Part shown: one piece after another, positions 58,428 through 64,000 of the stretch | Numbering within the stretch: position 1 is the first letter of the stretch | Layout of the letters: the number at the start of each line of letters is the position of its first letter | Assembly: GCA_963702435.1 (NCBI GenBank) | Contig: CAVPCR010000001.1 | Coordinates: 608,001 to 672,000, forward strand | Length of the DNA: 64,000 nt | Source: Candidatus Eiseniibacteriota bacterium | GTDB taxonomy: Bacteria; Eisenbacteria; RBG-16-71-46; CAVPCR01 | Reading direction: 5' to 3' | Translations under genes and position numbers: made by a program | The notes under the pieces: model-generated | Seen by the model: only the letters and a program-made list of their open reading frames with translations | Databases searched by the model: none | Told to the model about the DNA's origin: nothing

Positions 58428-60107
58428 ATGGGATACCAGTACATCTTCACGATGAAGGGCCTCGGCAAGGTCCACCCGCCGAACAAGGTGGTGCTCAAGG
58501 ACATCTGGCTCTCCTTCTTTCCCGGGGCCAAGATCGGCCTCCTCGGCATCAACGGGTCGGGGAAGACGACCCTCCTCCGCATCATGGCGGGCCTCGACAA
58601 GGAGTACCTGGGCGAGGCCGATCCCGCCCCCGGCACGAAGACCGGATTCCTGCCGCAGGAGCCGCACCTCGACCCGACCAAGGACGTGCTCGGCAACGTG
58701 ATGGAGGGAGTGGCCGCGACCCGCGCCCTTCTCGACCGCTTCGAGCAGATCAACAACCGGCTCGGCGAGGACATCTCGCCCGAGGAGATGGAGAAGCTCC
58801 TCGCAGAGCAGGCCCAGGTCCAGGACGCGATCGACACCGCGAAGGGTTGGGAGCTCGATCGCACGCTCGAGATCGCGATGGAGGCGCTGCGCTGCCCGCC
58901 GCCCGATGCGGACGTGGCGACCCTCTCGGGCGGCGAGGTCCGCCGCGTCGCGCTCTGCCGCCTCCTCCTCCAGCAACCGGATCTCCTCCTCCTCGACGAG
59001 CCGACCAACCACCTCGATGCCGAATCGGTCGCCTGGCTCGAGCATCACCTCGAGCAGTATCCGGGCACGGTGGTGGCGGCCACCCACGACCGCTACTTCC
59101 TCGACAATGTCGCCGGCTGGATCCTCGAGCTCGACCGCGGCACGGGGATCCCGTGGGAAGGCAACTACTCCTCGTGGCTCGAGCAGAAGGAGAAGCGACT
59201 CGGGGTCGAGGAGAAGCAGGAATCCGCGCGCCGGCGTACGCTCGCCCGCGAGCTCGAGTGGATCCGCATGTCGCCGCGCGCCCGCCAGGCCAAGGGCAAG
59301 GCCCGCCTGAACGCGTACGAGGAGATGCTGGCGCAGGAGACCAAGGAGCGCGAGGTCACCGGCGAGATCATGATCCCGCCCGGCCCGCGCCTCGGCGAGA
59401 CGGTGGTCGTCGCCGAGCACCTGCGGAAGGGCTTCGGGGATCGCATCCTGATCGACGACCTGAGCTTCCGCTTGCCGCGCGGTGGCCTCGTCGGCGTCAT
59501 CGGCCCGAACGGCGCCGGGAAGACCACGCTCGCCCGCATGATGGCAGGGCTCGAGAAGCCCGACGGCGGCTCGCTCACGGTCGGCGAGACGGTCAAGCTC
59601 GCCTACGTGGACCAGACGCGCGACGCGCTCGACGGCGACAAGACGGTATGGGAGGAGATCTCGGGCGGCGCCGACACGATCGAGCTCGCCAATCGCACGA
59701 TCCCCTCGCGCGCCTATGTCTCGATGTTCAACTTCCGCGGCCCCGACCACCAGAAGCGGGTGAAGGATCTGTCGGGCGGCGAGCGGAACCGCCTGCACCT
59801 CGCCAAGCTCCTGAAGAGCGGCGGCAACCTGATCTTCCTCGACGAGCCGACGAACGACCTCGACGTGGACACCCTTCGCTCGCTCGAGGAGGCGATCGTC
59901 TCCTTCGCCGGCTGTGTCGTCGTCATCAGCCACGATCGCTGGTTCCTCGATCGCATCGCGACCCACATCCTCGCCTTCGAGGACGAGGGGCAGGTCATCT
60001 GGTTCGAGGGGAACTACCAGGACTACGAGGCGAACCGGCACCAGCGGCTCGGCGCCGCCGCCGACCAGCCCCACCGCCTGCGGCCGAAGAAGCTCGTCCA
60101 CGCCTAG
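58428..60107 (+). CDS. ettA: Energy-dependent translational throttle protein EttA (ABC-F)
   Basis: '[10 protein letters not shown]', two ABC cassettes, '[20 protein letters not shown]' linker, 'FEGNYQDYE...QPHR'. Confidence 0.95.
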   Translation: MGYQYIFTMKGLGKVHPPNKVVLKDIWLSFFPGAKIGLLGINGSGKTTLLRIMAGLDKEYLGEADPAPGTKTGFLPQEPHLDPTKDVLGNVMEGVAATRALLDRFEQINNRLGEDISPEEMEKLLAEQAQVQDAIDTAKGWELDRTLEIAMEALRCPPPDADVATLSGGEVRRVALCRLLLQQPDLLLLDEPTNHLDAESVAWLEHHLEQYPGTVVAATHDRYFLDNVAGWILELDRGTGIPWEGNYSSWLEQKEKRLGVEEKQESARRRTLARELEWIRMSPRARQAKGKARLNAYEEMLAQETKEREVTGEIMIPPGPRLGETVVVAEHLRKGFGDRILIDDLSFRLPRGGLVGVIGPNGAGKTTLARMMAGLEKPDGGSLTVGETVKLAYVDQTRDALDGDKTVWEEISGGADTIELANRTIPSRAYVSMFNFRGPDHQKRVKDLSGGERNRLHLAKLLKSGGNLIFLDEPTNDLDVDTLRSLEEAIVSFAGCVVVISHDRWFLDRIATHILAFEDEGQVIWFEGNYQDYEANRHQRLGAAADQPHRLRPKKLVHA

Positions 60108-60119
60108 CCAGGCTGGCGC

Positions 60120-60191
60120 GGCGCTCCCCCCGGCGCTCCTCCCGGCGCTCCCCCCGGCGCTCCTCCCGGCGCTCCCCCCGGCGCTCCTCCC
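60120..60191. repeat. 12-bp tandem repeat x6, alternating GGCGCTCCCCCC / GGCGCTCCTCCC (24-bp x3)
   Basis: Read directly; intergenic, just after the ettA stop. Confidence 0.9.
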
Positions 60192-60328
60192 GGCGGCGCC
60201 GGATCCCCGGGCGGCATCTCCTGCTTGCCTCCGCCGCGCCGATGGTGGTAAGCCTCGCCGCGCGATCGGACCTCGCCGTGGCAGGCGCCGTTCGGCGGGC
60301 GCTCCGAACGCCAGCGCAAGGAGGAAGC

Positions 60329-60940
60329 ATGAAGACAGTGCTGACGTGCGGCATCGCGCTCGGGATCCTGTTCGCGGTCCCGGCCATCGCTCAGGTCTGG
60401 ACCGAGGTGGATGACGCCGGAGATCTTCCGGGCACGGTGCAGACCCCGACCGGTTCCGGCGATTTGACCGCGATCGCGGGGACGATCATCGCGGACGATG
60501 CGGACATGTACTGCGTCCGCATCGACGTCCCGGCCAACTTCTCGGCGACGACGTGCGCCGGGACGACGCTCGACACCCAGCTCTGGCTCTTCTTCGAGGA
60601 CGGCCGCGGGGTGACGTACGACGACGACGACCCGGGCGGCTGCGGGCTCCAGTCGAAGATCACCGGCACCTTCGTTCCCGCCGCCGGGCAGTACCTGCTC
60701 GCGGTCACGGTGTACAACCGCGATCCGTGGGATGCGAGCGACCAGCTCATCTGGTTGAACTCGCCGTTCGGCAGCGAGCGCCAGCCCGACGGCCCCGGCG
60801 CGGCGAACCCGATCGCGAGCTGGAACGGCACGACGAGCGACAACGGGTCCTACACGATCGCCTTGACGGGCGTCACGTTCTGCACGCCGAATGCGGTCGA
60901 GCCGGCCACCTGGGGCGAGATCAAGAACCTCTATCGCTAG
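60329..60940 (+). CDS. Secreted PPC/DVUA0089-like domain protein with TWG C-terminal motif (paralog 3)
   Basis: AAGGAGG RBS, signal peptide, DAGDLPGT and DTQLWLF; ends AVEPATWGEIKNLYR. Confidence 0.85.
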   Translation: MKTVLTCGIALGILFAVPAIAQVWTEVDDAGDLPGTVQTPTGSGDLTAIAGTIIADDADMYCVRIDVPANFSATTCAGTTLDTQLWLFFEDGRGVTYDDDDPGGCGLQSKITGTFVPAAGQYLLAVTVYNRDPWDASDQLIWLNSPFGSERQPDGPGAANPIASWNGTTSDNGSYTIALTGVTFCTPNAVEPATWGEIKNLYR

Positions 60941-60974
60941 CAACGAGCGCCGACCGCGCGGGCGGACGATGCGG

Positions 60975-61015
60975 CAGCGCCCCGGGGACCGGATCTTCAG
61001 GTCCCCGGGGCGCTG
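60975..61015 (+). terminator. Strong hairpin after paralog 3 (terminator or stabiliser)
   Basis: 16-bp stem CAGCGCCCCGGGGACC/GGTCCCCGGGGCGCTG; no clear U-tract. Confidence 0.5.
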
Positions 61016-61042
61016 TGCGTGGGCCGTGCTAGTGTCGTGATC

Positions 61043-62326
61043 ATGTCCGCGCCGCGCGTGCTCCTCCTCATCCCGACCACCACCTATCGCGCCGCGCCGT
61101 TCCTCACCGCCGCCGAGCGCCTCGGGATCGACCTGACGATCGGTTCGAACCGCTGCCACACGCTCGCTCGCCGGTGGCCGCGCGCCGGCACGATCGCGAT
61201 GCACTTCGATGAGCTGGAGGAATCGCTGGCGGTGATCCGCGATGCGGCGCGGGCGCGGCCCTTCGCCGCCATCCTCGCCGTGGACGACACGGCGACCGAG
61301 CTCGCGGCGCGGGCGAGCGCCGAGCTCGGCCTGCCCCACAACGCACCGGCGGCGGCGCACGCCGCGCGGAACAAGCGCGCGCTCCGCGAGGCGCTGGCGC
61401 GCGCCGGAGTCGGGTCACCGCGGCATCTGGCGTTCGGGGCCGAGGAGCGACCGGAGGATGCAGCCCGCGCGGTCGGTGCGCACCTCGGCTTCCCCTGCGT
61501 CTTGAAGCCGCTCGTGCTCTCCGGGAGCCGCGGCGTGATCCGCGCCGACGACCCGGCCGCGTTCGCCGCCGCCTGGCGGCGGCTCGGCGCCATCCTCGGC
61601 GCGCACGATCTCAAGAAGCGCCGCGATCGGGCCCTTGACGAGGTCCTGGTCGAGGAGTTCGTGCCGGGGAGCGAGGTGGCGCTCGAGGGCCATCTCGCCG
61701 CAGGCGAGCTCCGCACGCTCGCGCTCTTCGACAAGCCCGACCCGCTCGACGGGCCGTTCTTCGAGGAGACGATCTACGTCACGCCGTCGCGGCTCCCGCC
61801 GGCGACCCAGGAGGCGATCCGGGCGGCTGCTGCGGGCGCCGCCGCGGCGATCGGGCTCGCCCACGGCCCCGTGCACGCCGAGCTCCGCGTTAATCCGGCC
61901 GGCGTCTTCGCGATCGAGGTGGCCGGCCGCTCGATCGGCGGCCTCTGCTCGCGCGCGCTTCGCTTCGGGCTCGGGGACGTGTCGCTCGAGGAGCTGATCC
62001 TGCGCGGCGCCCTCGGGATGGAGATCGACTCCCTCGCGGCCCGCGTGCCGGAAGCGTCCGGGGTCGAGATGCTGCCGATCCCGCGGGCGGGCATCCTGCG
62101 CCGCGTCGAGGGGATCGCGGACGCGGCGGCGGTCCCGGGCGTGACCGGGGTCGAGATCACGATCCGCCCGGGCGAGCAGGTGATCCCGCTCCCCGAGGGA
62201 TCGCGCTACCTGGGCTTCGTGTTCGCCCGCGGCGCCCATCCGGACGAGGTCGAGACGGCGCTCCGCGCCGCGGCGGCGCGGCTCCGCTTCACGATCACGC
62301 CGGCGGCCGCGATCGCGGCGGGCTAG
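61043..62326 (+). CDS. ATP-grasp domain protein (L-amino-acid ligase-like)
   Basis: RNK, GFPCVLKPLVLSGSRGV, LVEEFVPG, HAELR and EVAGRSIGG. Confidence 0.88.
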   Translation: MSAPRVLLLIPTTTYRAAPFLTAAERLGIDLTIGSNRCHTLARRWPRAGTIAMHFDELEESLAVIRDAARARPFAAILAVDDTATELAARASAELGLPHNAPAAAHAARNKRALREALARAGVGSPRHLAFGAEERPEDAARAVGAHLGFPCVLKPLVLSGSRGVIRADDPAAFAAAWRRLGAILGAHDLKKRRDRALDEVLVEEFVPGSEVALEGHLAAGELRTLALFDKPDPLDGPFFEETIYVTPSRLPPATQEAIRAAAAGAAAAIGLAHGPVHAELRVNPAGVFAIEVAGRSIGGLCSRALRFGLGDVSLEELILRGALGMEIDSLAARVPEASGVEMLPIPRAGILRRVEGIADAAAVPGVTGVEITIRPGEQVIPLPEGSRYLGFVFARGAHPDEVETALRAAAARLRFTITPAAAIAAG

Positions 62327-63816
62327 GCCGATCCGGACGACGCGGACGAGGCGGCCGAGACGGCCGACTCGAGCCCGCCATCCCAGCCCTGCGTGGCGAG
62401 GGTCAACTGACCCTCCATCGGCTCCGCTCAGCAGAACCAGTCCTCGGTGAGGCGGGGCGGGCGCCCGCGCTCGCGCCCGGCCGGGAACGCCGGCGCGACC
62501 GGAAGCGCGTCATGCGCGCTGCCGAGACGCTCGGCAGCGATGGCCGAGATCGCCGCGAAGGTCGCGAAGGCATCGTCCCCGCGGCGCGCGGCGGCCGCGA
62601 CGAGGAGCGCGACCTCCGGGGCGAGCGCGTCGAGGCGCGGATCGGGATGCGTCCAGCGATAGGTGGCGGCGGCCGCATCGAGCGCGCCGAGATGCGGTGC
62701 GAACTCGGGCCCGTCGAGGAGATGCGATCCGGGCGGCACGAGGAGGCGGAGCGCGTACTGCACGGGATCGACGTGATCGACGAGCCCCTCGCCGGCGACG
62801 AAGGCGAGGAGCTCGCGATAGTCGGCGGCGGTGGTCCACGGCGTGAAGGCGACGAAGGTCGGGCGGAGCGGGACCCGCGCGGCGCGCAGCACCTGGAGAG
62901 CGGTCGCGACATCGGCCCGCGTGTGCCCCTTCCGGAGGATCGCGAGCACGCGATCCGAGAGCGACTCGACCGCCGAGACGACGAATGCGCAGCCGAGATC
63001 TGCGAGCTCGGCGAAGAGCGTGCGATGCCTGACGATGTTCGAGACCTTGGTCGTCACATCGAAGGTGAGATGCGGGTGGCGCGCGTGCATCGCGCGGACG
63101 ATGCCGAGCACGTGGCCGGGACCGTTCAGGAAGTCGGGGTCGCCGAAGGTCACGTGCCCGGCCCCGGCGGCGACCAGCGCGTCGACGTCGGCGAGGACGG
63201 CCGCCGCCGGCACCACGAAGAAGCGGCCGCCGTAGATCGGCGGAATCGGGCAATGACGGCAGAGATGGAGGCAGCCGCGACTCGCCTCGACGTAGCCCGC
63301 GGGCACGCGCTCGCCGTCGCGCTCGAGGTGTGCGTAGTGATGGAGGCCGGGCAACCCGCTCCGGCTCGGCACCGGGAAGTCGAGGCGGGCGAGGTGCGGG
63401 CGCGCTCCCGGCTCCGGCGCGGGCGCGCCGGAAGGCGCCGCCAGCTCCTCCGCAAGCGCTACCAGCGCTGCCTCGCACTCGCCGCCGAACACGGAGTCGG
63501 CGCCGCACTCGCGCCGGAGCGAGTCGGCATGGAGCAGCGCGTAATGACCGAAGTAGGCGAGATGACAGCGCGGATTCGCCGCCTTCACGCGCCGGCCGAC
63601 GCCGGCCCCGATGCGAAGCGCGGTGTGCATCGGGACCGAGATGGCGACGAGGGATGCGCGTTCGACATCCGCGCGGTCAAGCGGCGCGAGCGACAGATCG
63701 CGGAGCGCCGGGCGGAACCCGGCCCGTTCGAGGAAGGCGGCGAGCGAGGCGAGCGCGAGCGGCTGGTGCCCGAGCTCGTAGCAGGAGAGAAGGAGGATCC
63801 GACCGGGATCGCGCAC
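62323..63816 (-). CDS. CUAEP-tail radical SAM selenoprotein (B12-binding-like N-terminus); Sec at UGA 62428-62430
   Basis: CLHLCRHC radical SAM motif. The C-terminus reads ...RLTEDWFC-UGA-AEPMEGQL..., and the frame stays open to TAG at 62323. A hairpin begins 12 nt after the UGA. Confidence 0.88.
62398..62415 (-). promoter_or_regulatory. Bacterial SECIS-like hairpin
   Basis: GAGGGUC-AGUU-GACCCUC starting 12 nt downstream of the in-frame UGA, with a G in the loop. Confidence 0.7.
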
Positions 63817-63857
63817 GGCGGGACCGGGTGCTTCAGGGCGGGGAACCGCCGCCCGCG

Positions 63858-64000
63858 CTACTTGGACGACGGCGGCTTGTACTCGGGCGGCAGCGCCGCG
63901 CCCTCGCCGAAGAAGAACTGCTCCATCTGCTCCATGAGGATCTTCTGCGATTCGGGGTTGGCCATGCTCAGGCGGAACTCGTTCACGACCATGGTCATGT
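63858..64000 (-). CDS. yggX: Fe(II)-trafficking / oxidative damage protection protein YggX, C-terminal part (truncated by window edge)
   Basis: ...[43 protein letters not shown] matches the YggX C-terminal pattern (TMLINE.RL....R..L...M..F.F). Confidence 0.8.
   Translation of the reverse strand, partial: MTMVVNEFRLSMANPESQKILMEQMEQFFFGEGAALPPEYKPPSSK

Noticed and set aside
60120..60191. CRISPR array (also considered for the 28664 and 30705 repeats)
   Set aside because: These are tandem units without unique spacers, and there are no cas genes.
61043..62326. Graspetide RiPP ligase acting on the GDPDE peptide or the TWG proteins
   Set aside because: The sequence resembles L-amino-acid-ligase-type ATP-grasp enzymes, there is no adjacent precursor, and the candidate substrates are exported.

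Overview
This is a high-GC (roughly 70% or more, by eye) bacterial chromosomal window. I found no rRNA, tRNA, CRISPR array or mobile element. A PorV-like barrel, FlgD/T9SS-like C-terminal domains and secreted proteins ending in a 'TWGxIKxxY' motif point to an FCB-related candidate lineage such as Eisenbacteria or Latescibacteria; this is an inference. Housekeeping genes are rho (partial), holB, rlmN, ettA, ftcD, asnB, yqeY and yggX (partial). Envelope and transport genes include a frameshifted class A PBP, a MacAB-like exporter without an ATPase gene, and a CusCBA + CopA copper cluster. Secreted S8 and M6 proteases are also present. The best candidate for an undescribed system lies at 30.7-37.5 kb. 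A sigma70-type promoter precedes a small secreted pre-peptide with two GDPDE motifs, followed by a TPR-GAF-AAA+(GAFTGA)-HTH sigma54 activator. Directly downstream are two -24/-12 sigma54 promoters. One precedes a ~130-nt long-hairpin RNA candidate; the other precedes a lipoprotein + DUF4384-like/CxxCH operon. The layout resembles a hybrid of RRNPP peptide signalling and LuxO/Qrr sRNA control. Other highlights are a hidden selenoprotein (radical SAM with a CUAEP tail, in-frame UGA and SECIS-like hairpin), a CsrA with a ~230-aa disordered tail, tandem CsrA-type GGA sites over one RBS, four secreted proteins sharing a short C-terminal motif, and a Cys-rich leader ORF before the copper operon. Two or three single-base frameshifts may be sequencing errors.
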